A stretch of 49,206 nt of DNA from an uncultured Phycisphaerales bacterium (GCA_938084645.1 CALKEP010000029.1:1-49206); one strand, 5' to 3'. Positions 18,605 through 29,573 are shown, counted from the stretch's first letter. A program made the numbers and translations. The notes: generated from the letters alone by a model not told the origin.

Positions 18605-18661
18605 CGTGGGAACGTCTTTCCTGATTCGGTGAGGCCGAACGCGGCCATGCCTTCTGTTCGT

Positions 18662-20257
18662 TCAATCCTGGACTCGGATGCCCTTGCGATCGTAGAGGTC
18701 CCGGATCGCGGCGGGGGTCATCCGCGTCCAGCGAACGCCGCCCACGGACGTGTCGGTCGGTGCGACCCGCACCGAGACGATTCCGTCGTCGCCGATCTCC
18801 TGGGTCGCCGCCCGCCCGTCCTCGTAGGCACGGCTCTCGAGCATGGCGGTGCCGGCCGGATCGGGCTTCCACGATTCGAGACGTCGGGTGATGCTCTCCC
18901 GATCCTCGTTCCAGGCGTAGATTCCGAAGGTGCCCTCCGGTGCGTCGAGCACTTCCAGAAGGGTCGGCAGCACGAGCCGTTCCGCTTCGGAGAGGAAGAG
19001 TTCGAGGTTCATCGGCAGCTCGAGCCGGACGATCTGGCGTTCCAGGGTGTTCCTGGACTGTTGCAGGATCTCGAGTCGACGTCGTGGTTCCGAGGCGGTC
19101 GGCCGCGGGCGGAAGCCCGTGATGGACTCCGAGACGGTCTGGTCCGCGTCGGCCTGCCGGGCGGTGAGCCGCACGCTCCACATCTCCTCCTCGCGATCCC
19201 AGGAAAGCCACGCGCGATGGTCGACGTCGATGAAGGGACGCTTCGGTTCCTGCGGTATCTGTCGCATCCGGATGCGAACCAGCATTCCGGTGTCGTCTCC
19301 GACCCGCGGCACCGGGCTGGCGCTGCTCATGCTCTCGCGGCCGGTCTCGATCGCCGTGATGCCCGCGTAGCCGAATTCGACGTCGCGGCCCTCGGGGTCG
19401 AAGGCGTGCATCCGGTACCAGATCTCCTCCGGCATCCGGGCGACGACGTCTCGGAGCGCCTGCTCGTCGACGCGGCGGAACAAGGCCGCGCCGCGTTCCT
19501 GGCGCGAGAGCGCCTGGTCCGCCAGTTCGAACTCGTCCTCCACCACCAGTGAATCCAGCACCGAGTCGAAGATCTCGCCGGTCCACCGGTCGCGATCCGC
19601 GAGGCATTCGACCAGCAGGAAGCGGTTGGGGCCGGTCTGAATGAAGTGCCAGTCGTACCTCGCGATCCGCTTCGACGAGTGGAGGTACTCGCCGGTCACC
19701 CGCGCGGCGGGGAGGCCCGCCAGCGTCTCGTCGGTCCGCTGGTTCGAGAAGACGAGGTCCGGGTTGATCGACTTGGAGTCGGCGATGAACGCGTCCAGCA
19801 GCATCTTCGGGGTGGTCGGCCTCGTTTCGCCGCCTGCTTCCGCCGCCGCGGGGGGGCGGAGGATTCGAATCGTGGTCACCCAGTCGGGTGGATCATGTTC
19901 GGCATCGAGCACTCGCAGCACCGAGGCGTCGCCGAGGCTGTTGTGCATCGCTCGGCTGCCGGGCGGCAGTTCGACGGTGCAGCCGAGGATGTTGGAGCGG
20001 AAGACCTCCCGCGTCGGGGCGACTTCGGCCGAGGGAGGCTCCTGGCCGATCTCAATGGCCGAAATAGATCTTTTTATAGGACCTTCAACGGCCAGCCGGC
20101 TTTCGGGGCCAAGGCCGGCCCCGGCCGGGCGCATCGCCACCGATGGGGCCGTCAGGCCGGTCACGACGGTGGCGAGGACCGCGATCGCGGAGGGAAGTTC
20201 GAAAAGGTGGCGTTGGCGGAGGCGATTCGAGGCCCACCGCCGGATTCTGATCGTCAC
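18662..20257 (-). CDS. Hypothetical exported protein
   Basis: 531-codon ORF with protein-like composition and an N-terminal hydrophobic segment; start uncertain. Confidence 0.7.
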   Translation of the reverse strand: MTIRIRRWASNRLRQRHLFELPSAIAVLATVVTGLTAPSVAMRPAGAGLGPESRLAVEGPIKRSISAIEIGQEPPSAEVAPTREVFRSNILGCTVELPPGSRAMHNSLGDASVLRVLDAEHDPPDWVTTIRILRPPAAAEAGGETRPTTPKMLLDAFIADSKSINPDLVFSNQRTDETLAGLPAARVTGEYLHSSKRIARYDWHFIQTGPNRFLLVECLADRDRWTGEIFDSVLDSLVVEDEFELADQALSRQERGAALFRRVDEQALRDVVARMPEEIWYRMHAFDPEGRDVEFGYAGITAIETGRESMSSASPVPRVGDDTGMLVRIRMRQIPQEPKRPFIDVDHRAWLSWDREEEMWSVRLTARQADADQTVSESITGFRPRPTASEPRRRLEILQQSRNTLERQIVRLELPMNLELFLSEAERLVLPTLLEVLDAPEGTFGIYAWNEDRESITRRLESWKPDPAGTAMLESRAYEDGRAATQEIGDDGIVSVRVAPTDTSVGGVRWTRMTPAAIRDLYDRKGIRVQD

Positions 20258-20374
20258 GGTGTCGCTCCAGAGCCGGCTCGAGAGCGCCCCGAAAGGCGTC
20301 TTGGATACCGGCCGCGGATTGTACGTCGGTCGGCCGCGGGGAGCGGAAAACCACCGATCAGGGTCTTCCCTCGG

Positions 20375-20402
20375 TTGACAAGCACGCGGGAATCTGTACC
20401 AT
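20375..20402 (+). promoter_or_regulatory. Sigma-70-type promoter of the S10 operon
   Basis: TTGACA (20375-20380), 16-nt spacer, TACCAT (20397-20402), about 170 nt upstream of rpsJ. Confidence 0.7.
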
Positions 20403-20572
20403 CCGCCGTTCGCGCCCGATTTTCGCGCTTCCGCCTGTTTCGGCCATTCCGACCGCTGGAGTGGAGTTTGCAGGCACCTGGTTCCCGAGTCTTCCCGTGA
20501 AGGCTCGACTCGTGTTCTTCTCGCTCGACCCGCACGCGACTCGCGTACCTCTCATGGATCGGTGAACGGCAT

Positions 20573-20881
<309 letters not shown>

Positions 20882-21008
20882 TTCCCGTCGGGAGTCGAAG
20901 TCGTCCTCCGACGACGCGTCTCCCGCCTTCCAGTACCCGCCACGTCCCGAGGACCCCTGGCGAATGAACCCGATGCCCGCGACCGCGGGAAGACACAGGA
21001 GACCTCCG

Positions 21009-21695
21009 ATGTCGGCAGCAATCATGGGACGCAAGGTGGGCATGACCCGCTGGTTCCTCGAGGACGGAACCAACATTCCGGTGACCATCATCGATGCCGG
21101 TCCGTGTGTCGTCACGCAGGTCAAGACCGTCGAGACCGACGGTTACGCCGCGGTCCAGTTCGGTTTCGAGAACGCCAACGTCCGCCGCACCGCGATGTCC
21201 GAGATGGGGCACGACGCGAAGGCGGGAGCCGCACCGCAGCGAGCCCATCGCGAATTCCGTTGCGACAGCGACGATGAGGCCACCGCGTTCGAACCCGGCC
21301 AGACGCTCGACGTCTCGGTCTTCGACGGCGTGAAGTACGTCGACGTGGTCGGAACCAGCAAGGGCAAGGGTTTCCAGGGAACGATGAAGCGACACAACTT
21401 CCGCGGCAAGGAAGCGTCGCACGGCGTGAAGCGTGCCCACCGTCGCCCCGGTTCGATCGGCGGACACGCCACGAACCTCGGCACCGGTCCGAAGATCAAG
21501 AAGGGCAAGAAGATGTCGGGTCAGATGGGCGACGAGCGGGTCACCGTTCGCAGCCTCGACGTGATCCACGCCGACCCCGAGAAGAACCTGCTCGTCGTGA
21601 AGGGTCCGGTCCCGGGCCCCAACGGCGGCGATCTCTATCTGAGGCCGGCCGTCCGGCTCTACAAGTCCAAGGCCCACAAGCAGGCTGCGGGATGA
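21009..21695 (+). CDS. rplC: 50S ribosomal protein L3
   Basis: [49 protein letters not shown] upstream. Confidence 0.97.
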   Translation: MSAAIMGRKVGMTRWFLEDGTNIPVTIIDAGPCVVTQVKTVETDGYAAVQFGFENANVRRTAMSEMGHDAKAGAAPQRAHREFRCDSDDEATAFEPGQTLDVSVFDGVKYVDVVGTSKGKGFQGTMKRHNFRGKEASHGVKRAHRRPGSIGGHATNLGTGPKIKKGKKMSGQMGDERVTVRSLDVIHADPEKNLLVVKGPVPGPNGGDLYLRPAVRLYKSKAHKQAAG

Positions 21696-21876
21696 ATTTC
21701 GCGGTCGGGCATGAGGCCCGACCGGACTCGTGAGGCCGATGCGTCGCAAGGCGTCCGGAACCGACGAGTCAAGACAATCGTGGATGGAACCGAGTCGACC
21801 CCTGCCCGTCGTCACCAATGACAGGCGACCGGAGGGCGAGGCGAAAGCCGGTAGTGTCCGGCACTCACAGGAACCG

Positions 21877-22569
21877 ATGATGACCGAAGTCGAGAACATT
21901 TCGAAGATTGACTTGCCGATCCTCGACAAGAGCGGCAAGCAGGTCGACACGCTGCAGATCGATCCGGCCCTCCTTGGCGGATCCATCCGCTTCGATCTCC
22001 TGAAGCAGGCGTACGTCACCACCCACACCAACCAGCGTCAGGGCTCCGCCCGGACGAAGAGCCGCGGCATGGTCGTCGGCTCGACCCGCAAGCTCTACCG
22101 CCAGAAGGGCACGGGCAACGCCCGCGCCGGTGCGGCCCGGACCGTGGTCCGCAAGGGCGGTGGCGTGGCGTTCGCGAAGACCCGCACCCGGGACGCGTTC
22201 CGCTCCAAGATGACCAAGAAGATGCGGCGACTCGCGAACCGGAACGCGTTGCTGGCGAAGCTCGTGGACGGCGAAGTGAAGTGCATCGTCGATCTCCAGA
22301 TGGACGCCCCGAAGACCAGCGAGATGGCCAAGTTCCTCGGTGGCATCGGCATCGATCGAACCTGCCTGGTCGCCCTCGACCCGGACAACCGCCACGCCGC
22401 CCTGTCGGCTCGGAACATCGAGAACGTGGACACCATCCGGGTGGCCCAGCTCAATGCCTTCGAACTGCTGAACCACCGGTACCTCGTCATCGGTCGGGCG
22501 TCGCTCGAGTCCTTCCTCGACGGCTCCTGCTTCCCGACGACCGAGGACGCCACCAAGGAGGTCGCCTGA
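21877..22569 (+). CDS. rplD: 50S ribosomal protein L4
   Basis: RQGSARTKSR, KLYRQKGTGNAR, GGGVAF, SARNI. Confidence 0.97.
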   Translation: MMTEVENISKIDLPILDKSGKQVDTLQIDPALLGGSIRFDLLKQAYVTTHTNQRQGSARTKSRGMVVGSTRKLYRQKGTGNARAGAARTVVRKGGGVAFAKTRTRDAFRSKMTKKMRRLANRNALLAKLVDGEVKCIVDLQMDAPKTSEMAKFLGGIGIDRTCLVALDPDNRHAALSARNIENVDTIRVAQLNAFELLNHRYLVIGRASLESFLDGSCFPTTEDATKEVA

Positions 22570-22570
22570 C

Positions 22571-22849
22571 ATGCACGCCACCGACGTCATCCGTCGCCCG
22601 CTGGTCACCGAGAAGGCGACCATCGACAGCGAAGAGAACAACCGCTACGCCTTCGAAGTCGATCGCCGCGCGACCAAGGACATGATCCGCAAGGCGGTTC
22701 AGGATCTCTACAAGGTCCGCGTCGAATCGGTCGCGACGCAGAACCGCAAGGGTGAGTCACGTCGTCTCCGGTACGGACGCGTCACCTCCGCCGCGGTGAA
22801 GCGGGCGATCGTCAAGCTCCATTCCGAGGATCGGATCGAACTCATCTGA
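22571..22849 (+). CDS. rplW: 50S ribosomal protein L23
   Basis: RPLVTEK, FEVDRRATK, KRAIVKL; operon position. Confidence 0.96.
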   Translation: MHATDVIRRPLVTEKATIDSEENNRYAFEVDRRATKDMIRKAVQDLYKVRVESVATQNRKGESRRLRYGRVTSAAVKRAIVKLHSEDRIELI

Positions 22850-22902
22850 CCGGGTTCGGCGACCCTTCCGGGTCGATGCCGACCAGCACACGGATCTACA
22901 CC

Positions 22903-23757
22903 ATGGCCATTCGAGTCTACAAGCCGACGACCCCCGGACGACGCAACGCGTCGGTCAACCTCCACGTCGAGGTGACCAAGAAGACGCCCGAGAAGTCGCT
23001 TCTCGCGCCGCTTCACAAGACCGGGGCCCGGAACAACCAGGGCAAGATCACGGTCCTCGGCCGTGGCGGCGGTCACAAGCGTCGCTATCGCAAGATCGAC
23101 TTCAAGCGTCGCAAGGACGACATGCCGGCGACGGTGATCGGGATCGAATACGACCCCAACCGCTCCTGCCACATCGCCCTGCTCCGCTACGAGGACGGCA
23201 CCCTCCGATACATCCTCGCCCCGCGCGACGTGACCGACGGTGCGGTGCTGCTGTCCAGCGCAAATCCGGTCGAACCTTCGCCCGGCAACTGCATGCCCCT
23301 GAAGCACATTCCGACCGGCCTCTCGGTGCACTGCCTCGAGATGCAGCCCGGTGGTGGCGGCAAGCTCTGCCGTTCCGCCGGCGTCGGTGCCAGGCTCACC
23401 AACAAGGAAGGTCGCTGGGCGACCCTCGTGATGCCTTCCGGTGAGATCCGGCAGGTCTCCGTCGACTGTCGGGCCACCATCGGCGCCCTCGGTAACCCCG
23501 ACCACGGCAATGTCGTGCTCGGGAAGGCCGGTCGTGCTCGCTGGCTCGGCAAGCGACCCCGCACCCGTGGCGTGGCGATGAGCCATCACTGTCACCCGCA
23601 TGGTGGTGGTGACGGCAAGTCGAAGGGCGGCCAGGAGCCGTCCAACGCCGCCGGCACCCAGTCCAAGGGCGGTCGCACCCGTGTTCGCGGCAAGTCCAGC
23701 GACGCCCGCATCCTCCGACGACGCAAGTCGCGTCGTTACGGCCAGCTCAAGGTCTGA
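22903..23757 (+). CDS. rplB: 50S ribosomal protein L2
   Basis: [37 protein letters not shown]. Confidence 0.98.
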   Translation: MAIRVYKPTTPGRRNASVNLHVEVTKKTPEKSLLAPLHKTGARNNQGKITVLGRGGGHKRRYRKIDFKRRKDDMPATVIGIEYDPNRSCHIALLRYEDGTLRYILAPRDVTDGAVLLSSANPVEPSPGNCMPLKHIPTGLSVHCLEMQPGGGGKLCRSAGVGARLTNKEGRWATLVMPSGEIRQVSVDCRATIGALGNPDHGNVVLGKAGRARWLGKRPRTRGVAMSHHCHPHGGGDGKSKGGQEPSNAAGTQSKGGRTRVRGKSSDARILRRRKSRRYGQLKV

Positions 23758-23845
23758 CCGGAACCGACGCTCGGTTCCGTTCGGTTCACCTCCGTTCGTT
23801 CGATCTCCCATGCCGCCGCGGCGGCACACGACTCCGGAAGCAAAC

Positions 23846-24127
23846 ATGTCCAGGTCGCTCAAAAAGGGTCCCTACGTCGACGAGAAGCTCTACCGCAAGG
23901 TGGAGAAGCAGGGCGAAAGCGGCAACCGCCGCCCGATTCGCACCTGGGCGCGGGACTGCACCGTCGTTCCCGAATTCATCGGCGTGACCTTCGAGGTCCA
24001 CAACGGTCGTGCGTTCACCGAAGTCTTCTGCACCGAGGACATGGTGGGCCACAAGCTCGGCGAATTCAGTCCGACCCGGCTCTTCCGCGGGCATACGAAC
24101 AAGAAGGAAGGCATCAAGTCCCGCTGA
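23846..24127 (+). CDS. rpsS: 30S ribosomal protein S19
   Basis: [29 protein letters not shown]. Confidence 0.98.
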   Translation: MSRSLKKGPYVDEKLYRKVEKQGESGNRRPIRTWARDCTVVPEFIGVTFEVHNGRAFTEVFCTEDMVGHKLGEFSPTRLFRGHTNKKEGIKSR

Positions 24128-24156
24128 TCCATCAGCGAACTTGACAGGATCCAGTC

Positions 24157-24495
24157 ATGGCATACATCGCCTCACATCGCTTCGCCCGCATCGCCCCGAG
24201 AAAGGCCCGGCTGATCGCCGACATGGTCCGCGGTCTTCCCGTGGATCAGGCCCTCACGTCGCTGGAGTTCAGCAAGCGACGCGGTGCGTGGTACCTCAAG
24301 GCCGTGCTCAAGAGCGCCATCGCCAACGCCGAGGAGTCCGACGCCGACGTCGCGAACCTCGTGGTGAGTCGCTCCTGGGTCGACGAAGGTCCGACCATCA
24401 AGCGGTTCCAGCCGAAGGATCGCGGCCGGGCCCATCCGATCAACAAGCGCACCAGTCATCTCCACCTCGAGGTGGCCGAGGCGCCCGCCGGCTGA
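24157..24495 (+). CDS. rplV: 50S ribosomal protein L22
   Basis: APRKARLIAD, SAIANAE, VDEGPTIKR, KRTSH. Confidence 0.97.
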   Translation: MAYIASHRFARIAPRKARLIADMVRGLPVDQALTSLEFSKRRGAWYLKAVLKSAIANAEESDADVANLVVSRSWVDEGPTIKRFQPKDRGRAHPINKRTSHLHLEVAEAPAG

Positions 24496-24557
24496 TTTCG
24501 TTTCCAGAGTTCACACCGACCGAATCCTGCCGGGCGTCGCCCGGACCCGAGAACGAC

Positions 24558-25265
24558 ATGGGACAGAAAACACATCCATTCGGATTCCGCGTTGGAATCA
24601 CCGAGACCCACAAGTCCAGGTGGTTCGCGCCCAAGGCGCTCTTCGGCGAGCTTCTCGTCGAGGACTATCGAATCCGGAAGTTCGTCGACAAGCGACTCAA
24701 CCGGACCCCGCCCTTCGCGGCGGTGTCCGACATCTTCCTCGAGCGCACCCGAGAAGAGCTGACCGTGATCATCCGGACCGCGCGTCCCGGACAGGTCGTC
24801 GGGCAGAAGGGCAGCGAGGTCGAGAGTCTCACCCGCGACCTCCAGGCCCTCACCGGTCGGAAGGTCGTGATCAAGATCATCGAGATCAAGAACCCCGAGA
24901 TCGACGCCACCCTCATCGCGGAGACCGTTTCCGAGCAGATGAAGAAGCGTTCGAACTTCCGCCGAGCCCTCAAGCAGCGATGCGAGTCGGCGATGCAGAA
25001 CGGTGCGAAGGGGATCCGGATCCAGGTCGCCGGTCGTCTGGGCGGCGCCGAGATGAGTCGTCGCTTCGACACCCGTCTCGGTTCGATCCCGCTTTCGACC
25101 CTGCAGGCGAACGTGGACTACGCCCTCGCCGAGAGCCGCACCACCTACGGCATCATCGGTGTCAAGGTGTGGGTCTACAAGGGGATGTTCGGTGATCACG
25201 AGGACGACAACAGCGTCCAGACGTCCGCCGCCGGCGGTCGTGCCCGGGCCCGTGGTCGTCGTTGA
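24558..25265 (+). CDS. rpsC: 30S ribosomal protein S3
   Basis: MGQKTHPFGFRVG, TARPG, GRLGGAEM, TTYGIIGVKVW. Confidence 0.98.
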   Translation: MGQKTHPFGFRVGITETHKSRWFAPKALFGELLVEDYRIRKFVDKRLNRTPPFAAVSDIFLERTREELTVIIRTARPGQVVGQKGSEVESLTRDLQALTGRKVVIKIIEIKNPEIDATLIAETVSEQMKKRSNFRRALKQRCESAMQNGAKGIRIQVAGRLGGAEMSRRFDTRLGSIPLSTLQANVDYALAESRTTYGIIGVKVWVYKGMFGDHEDDNSVQTSAAGGRARARGRR

Positions 25266-25318
25266 GCGTCTGAAGTCAGGAACAGCGAGGGCCACGAGGC
25301 CCGCAGGAGTGAATCGTC

Positions 25319-25738
25319 ATGCCGATGTTGCCCAAGAGAACCAAGTTCAGGAAGCAGCAGCGAGGAAAGCTTCGCGGCAACGCGACCCGCGGCAACTACG
25401 TCGCGTTCGGGGACTTCGGTCTCCAGTCGCTCGAAGCCCACTGGCTCACCGCGCGTCAGATCGAGGCCGGCCGGATCGCGGCGCAGCACTTCCTCCGACG
25501 TCAGGGAAAGATCTACATCCGCGTGTTCCCGGACAAGCCGGTGTCGAAGAAGCCCCTCGAGACTCGAATGGGCAAGGGAAAGGCGGAGGCCGAGTACTGG
25601 GCCGCCCGCATCAAGCCCGGCACGATCCTCTACGAGATCGCCGGCGTCCCGGAACCGATGGCCAAGCAGGCCTTCGCCCGTATCGCCCAGAAGATGCCCG
25701 TCCGCTGCCGACTCGTCGGCCGACGACTGGCCGTTTGA
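25319..25738 (+). CDS. rplP: 50S ribosomal protein L16
   Basis: PKRTKFRKQQRG, QIEAGR, FPDKPV, RMGKGK. Confidence 0.98.
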   Translation: MPMLPKRTKFRKQQRGKLRGNATRGNYVAFGDFGLQSLEAHWLTARQIEAGRIAAQHFLRRQGKIYIRVFPDKPVSKKPLETRMGKGKAEAEYWAARIKPGTILYEIAGVPEPMAKQAFARIAQKMPVRCRLVGRRLAV

Positions 25739-25816
25739 CCCCCGAGGCGACGCACCGTCGCCGACTCGAATCGATTGCGATCCTCATCGGATCGCGGAAG
25801 CATCAGGAACCCAGCG

Positions 25817-26020
25817 ATGACCCCCAAGGAAGTCAGAAAACTGAACGACGAGGAACTCACGGTGGAGATCGACCGACTGCGTCGCCGCCACTTCGAGCTC
25901 CGGAACCAGGCGGTCACCGAGAAGATCGAGGACGTCTCGCAGTTCTCGAAGATCAAGAAGGACATCGCCCGTCTGATGACGGAGCAGAAGGCCCGAGAGG
26001 GCGCGGCGGCCTCCGCCTGA
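25817..26020 (+). CDS. rpmC: 50S ribosomal protein L29
   Basis: [24 protein letters not shown]; operon position. Confidence 0.95.
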   Translation: MTPKEVRKLNDEELTVEIDRLRRRHFELRNQAVTEKIEDVSQFSKIKKDIARLMTEQKAREGAAASA

Positions 26021-26075
26021 TCCCCCTTTCGAGCAAGACACCAATGTCCGGACTCCTCCGGACGCGGAAACGACC

Positions 26076-26360
26076 ATGAGCCACCTCAGTGAAATCAACG
26101 TGCCGGAGAAGGCGCCCCGCAGGATCGGAATCGTCGAGAGCGACGCCCGGGACATGACCCGGAAGGTCGTCATCAACTATTCCGTGAAGCATCCGAAGTA
26201 CGGCAAGTACATCCGGCGGCGCACCGTCCTCCAGGTCCACGACGCCAAGAACGAGAGCCACAACGGCGATCGCGTCGAGGTGGCCGAGTGCCGACCGATC
26301 TCCAAGACCAAGTCCTGGGTCCTCACCCGGGTCGTCGAAAAGGCCGTGGGCTCCGAGTGA
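26076..26360 (+). CDS. rpsQ: 30S ribosomal protein S17
   Basis: [30 protein letters not shown]. Confidence 0.97.
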   Translation: MSHLSEINVPEKAPRRIGIVESDARDMTRKVVINYSVKHPKYGKYIRRRTVLQVHDAKNESHNGDRVEVAECRPISKTKSWVLTRVVEKAVGSE

Positions 26361-26433
26361 GCTCCGCGGATCGAACTGAAACCACCGGGTCGCGATTGCC
26401 AGCGGCTCGGAACACCGAAGCGGATCCCCAGCG

Positions 26434-26820
26434 ATGATTCAGAAGGAATCCAGACTCGACGTCGCCGACAACAGCGGTGCCAAGGTCGCCATGGTGATCG
26501 GTACCAAGGGCGTCTCGACGGCCCGTGGCCGGTTCACCCGTGTGAGCGTCGGCGTCGGCGATCGCATCATCTGCACCGTCAAGAAGGCGCTGCCGAATGC
26601 GGACATCAAGGCGGGTGACAAGGTGCAGGCGGTCATCGTCCGCACCAAGTACCCCAGCCGACGAGCCGACGGCAGCTACGTCCGCTTCGACTCGAACGCG
26701 TGCGTGATCGTGGACCCGGAGGGGAACCCCAAGGGGACCCGCATCTTCGGTGCCGTGGCTCGCGAGCTTCGGGAGAAGAACTACATGAAGATCGTTTCCC
26801 TCGCCTCGGAGGTCGTCTGA
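26434..26820 (+). CDS. rplN: 50S ribosomal protein L14
   Basis: [36 protein letters not shown]. Confidence 0.98.
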   Translation: MIQKESRLDVADNSGAKVAMVIGTKGVSTARGRFTRVSVGVGDRIICTVKKALPNADIKAGDKVQAVIVRTKYPSRRADGSYVRFDSNACVIVDPEGNPKGTRIFGAVARELREKNYMKIVSLASEVV

Positions 26821-26822
26821 AC

Positions 26823-27158
26823 ATGGCACGTCACGTGAAGCGCGGTGACCAGGTGATGGTCACCTCCGGCAACAACAAGGGACAGGTCGGCGAAATCCTC
26901 TCGATCGACATCGAAGGGGACCGCGTCGTGGTCTCGGGAATCAACGTCCGCAAGCGGAACCTCAAGCCCACGCAGCAGCGTCCGCAGGGCGGGGTGATCG
27001 AGCAGGAGATGCCCATTCACATCTCCAACGTCAGCCCCGTGGTCGACGGTCGCCCGAGCCGGGTTCGGTTCGAGACCAAGGCCGACGGAAGCAAGGTCCG
27101 AGTCGCGGTTCGAGGCGGCAAGGAACTCCACGTCCTGCGAGGACCCAGGAAGGGCTGA
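26823..27158 (+). CDS. rplX: 50S ribosomal protein L24
   Basis: KOW motif VKRGDQVMVTSGNNKG, EMPIHISNV. Confidence 0.97.
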   Translation: MARHVKRGDQVMVTSGNNKGQVGEILSIDIEGDRVVVSGINVRKRNLKPTQQRPQGGVIEQEMPIHISNVSPVVDGRPSRVRFETKADGSKVRVAVRGGKELHVLRGPRKG

Positions 27159-27231
27159 GGCCCGTTGAAACGCCGGTGCCGCGGGCACCGGGACGAGGAT
27201 CGACCAGCGTCGATCGGAAGGAACCAGAGTC

Positions 27232-27822
27232 ATGGTCGCCCAGAAGCAAACTCCCAGACTGCAGGCCCTGTATCGGGACGAGATCGGACCCAAGCTCCTC
27301 AAGGAGTTCGGTCTGAAGAATCCTCATCAGCTCCCCAAGCTGTCGAAGATCATCGTCAACGTCGGGGTCGGCAAGCAGCTCGAGAACCAGAAGCTCAAGC
27401 CCGACTACCGGGACGCCGTCATCGGCACCCTCACCACGATCACCGGCCAGCGTCCGGTGATGGTCAAGGCGAAGGTCTCCGTCTCGAACTTCAAGGTTCG
27501 GGAAGGCGCTCCCTCGGCCTTCATGGTGACGGTCCGACGCGAGCGGATGTGGAGCTTCCTCGACCGGCTCGTGAACCTCGCCATGCCCCGAATCAAGGAC
27601 TTCCGAGGGGTGAAGGCGACGTCCTTCGATCCGGGTGGCAGCTACTCGTTCGGTCTCACCGAGCAGGCGGTCTGGCCCGAGATCAACATGGCGAACATCA
27701 ACCAGACCCACGGCATGAACATCAACCTCGTGTTCGAGCGGAGCAACCCGGCGATGAGCCGGTTCATGCTCGCCGAACTCGGTTTCCCCTTCGAGAAGGA
27801 GGGTGACGGCGGCCGCCGCTGA
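27232..27822 (+). CDS. rplE: 50S ribosomal protein L5
   Basis: [33 protein letters not shown]. Confidence 0.98.
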   Translation: MVAQKQTPRLQALYRDEIGPKLLKEFGLKNPHQLPKLSKIIVNVGVGKQLENQKLKPDYRDAVIGTLTTITGQRPVMVKAKVSVSNFKVREGAPSAFMVTVRRERMWSFLDRLVNLAMPRIKDFRGVKATSFDPGGSYSFGLTEQAVWPEINMANINQTHGMNINLVFERSNPAMSRFMLAELGFPFEKEGDGGRR

Positions 27823-27895
27823 TCCCTTCGAACCAATCGACCGGTGTCGCTCGTCGCGGCCTCCCGGAAGACCACTCAACGTCAGGAACGTACGA

Positions 27896-28081
27896 ATGGC
27901 CAGTAAACGAACATTCGCCAAGATGAAGCGGGAACCGAAGTTCTCGACTCGCAAGCAGGTCCGGTGCGAGATCACCGGTCGCAAGCGAGGTGTCTACCGC
28001 AAGTTCCGAGTCAGTCGGATCATGCTTCGTGAACTCGCACTCCAGGGAATGATCCCCGGAATGCGTAAGGCCAGTTGGTGA
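27896..28081 (+). CDS. rpsN: 30S ribosomal protein S14, short 61-aa form lacking three of four Zn ligands
   Basis: PKFSTR...RCEITGR...[15 protein letters not shown]...IPGMRKASW. Confidence 0.96.
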   Translation: MASKRTFAKMKREPKFSTRKQVRCEITGRKRGVYRKFRVSRIMLRELALQGMIPGMRKASW

Positions 28082-28149
28082 ACCCGACCCAGTCCTCGAG
28101 CCACAGGGCTCGCTGAAGACGCCCCAGAGGGCGCAGTCCAGGAGACGCG

Positions 28150-28548
28150 ATGGCGATCAACGATCTCACCGCCGATTTGCTCACTCGGATCCGAAACGCG
28201 GTCCGCAATCGTGACAAGACCGTCCACGCGGTGAGCAACAAGCTCAACCGCGGCGTGGTGGCCGTCCTTCAGGAGGAGGGCTACATCGAGGGCTTCGAGC
28301 TCGTGGAGGACGGCCGTCAGGGCCTCATCCGCGTGAAGCTCAAGTACGGCCCCCGAGGCGAGCAGGTCATCAACCGCATCGATCGTGAGAGCAAGTGCGG
28401 ACGTCGCGTGTATCGCGGCGTGAACGACCTTCCCCGACCGCTGCAGGGCCTCGGCATCTGCATCGTGTCGACCAGTAGTGGCGTGATGAGCGACCGTCGG
28501 TGCAGAGCCGAAAAGGTCGGAGGAGAGATCGTCGCCACGGTCGTCTGA
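28150..28548 (+). CDS. rpsH: 30S ribosomal protein S8
   Basis: ADLLTRIRNA, EEGYI, LKY, IVSTSSGVM, GGEI. Confidence 0.97.
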   Translation: MAINDLTADLLTRIRNAVRNRDKTVHAVSNKLNRGVVAVLQEEGYIEGFELVEDGRQGLIRVKLKYGPRGEQVINRIDRESKCGRRVYRGVNDLPRPLQGLGICIVSTSSGVMSDRRCRAEKVGGEIVATVV

Positions 28549-28610
28549 CCGCTGGTGCGTCGATCTGAGCATTCACCGAATTCGGGCATCGACCCGAAAG
28601 GGACCAGACC

Positions 28611-29165
28611 ATGTCTCTCGTAGGTAAGAAGGCCATTCCAGTTCCCGCCGGAGTCGAGTTCTCGCTCGACGGGAATCGCAACGTGACCGTGAAGGGCCCG
28701 AAGGGGACCCTCGTGATCACGCATCGTCCCGAGGTCCAGGTCGCCCACGATGCGGACGCCAAGGCGATCCACGTGACGGTGGACGAGGCCCGCAAGGCCG
28801 ACAAGCAGATCAAGGCCTACTGGGGTCTGACCCGGTCGCTGATCGCCAACATGATCGAGGGCGTCACGAAGGGTTACGAGAAGAAGCTCGACATCGTCGG
28901 CGTCGGTTGGCAGGCCCAGGTGAAGGGGCAGAACCTCGCCCTCAGCATCGGCTTCGCCAACGTCATCGAGATGAAGATCCCGACCGGCGTGAACGTCGAG
29001 GCCAAGGGCCAGAACATCACGATCAACGGGCCGGACAAGCAGGCGGTGGGCAACTTCGCCTCCTCCGTCCGGATGCAGCGGAAGCCCGAACCGTACAACG
29101 GCAAGGGAATTCGATACGCGGGTGAGGAGATCACCCGGAAGCAGGGCAAGGCGTTCGGCAACTGA
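28611..29165 (+). CDS. rplF: 50S ribosomal protein L6
   Basis: VKGPKG, GLTRSLIANMIEGV, DKQAVG, PEPYNGKGIRY. Confidence 0.97.
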   Translation: MSLVGKKAIPVPAGVEFSLDGNRNVTVKGPKGTLVITHRPEVQVAHDADAKAIHVTVDEARKADKQIKAYWGLTRSLIANMIEGVTKGYEKKLDIVGVGWQAQVKGQNLALSIGFANVIEMKIPTGVNVEAKGQNITINGPDKQAVGNFASSVRMQRKPEPYNGKGIRYAGEEITRKQGKAFGN

Positions 29166-29213
29166 CACAGATGATCGGCCCGGGCCACCGGCCGCAGGCC
29201 AGAGGATTCCACG

Positions 29214-29573
29214 ATGGACAAGAACAAGCACAAGAGCGTCTGCCGAAGCCGTCGAAAGACGGGGATCCGCAAGAAGGTCATGGGCATGCCCGACCGACCG
29301 CGGCTCTCGATCTTCCGCTCGGCCAAGCACATGTACGGTCAGGTCATCGACGACCTCACCGGTCGAACCCTCGTCGCCGCGAGTTCGCGCGACAAGGGTG
29401 CCGACGCGGGCGGCGGCAACGTCGACGCCGCGTCCAAGGTCGGGGCCCTGCTCGCCTCCAAGGCGAAGGATGCCGGCATCTCACAAGTGGTCTTCGACCG
29501 CAACGGCTTCCGGTACCACGGCCGGGTCAAGGCGTTCGCGGATGCCGCCCGGGAGGGCGGTCTCAAGTTCTGA
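29214..29573 (+). CDS. rplR: 50S ribosomal protein L18
   Basis: [29 protein letters not shown]. Confidence 0.97.
   Translation: MDKNKHKSVCRSRRKTGIRKKVMGMPDRPRLSIFRSAKHMYGQVIDDLTGRTLVAASSRDKGADAGGGNVDAASKVGALLASKAKDAGISQVVFDRNGFRYHGRVKAFADAAREGGLKF

Noticed and set aside
20067..20079. GATCTTTTTATAG resembling an oriC 13-mer
   Set aside because: Single copy inside an ORF, no DnaA boxes seen nearby.
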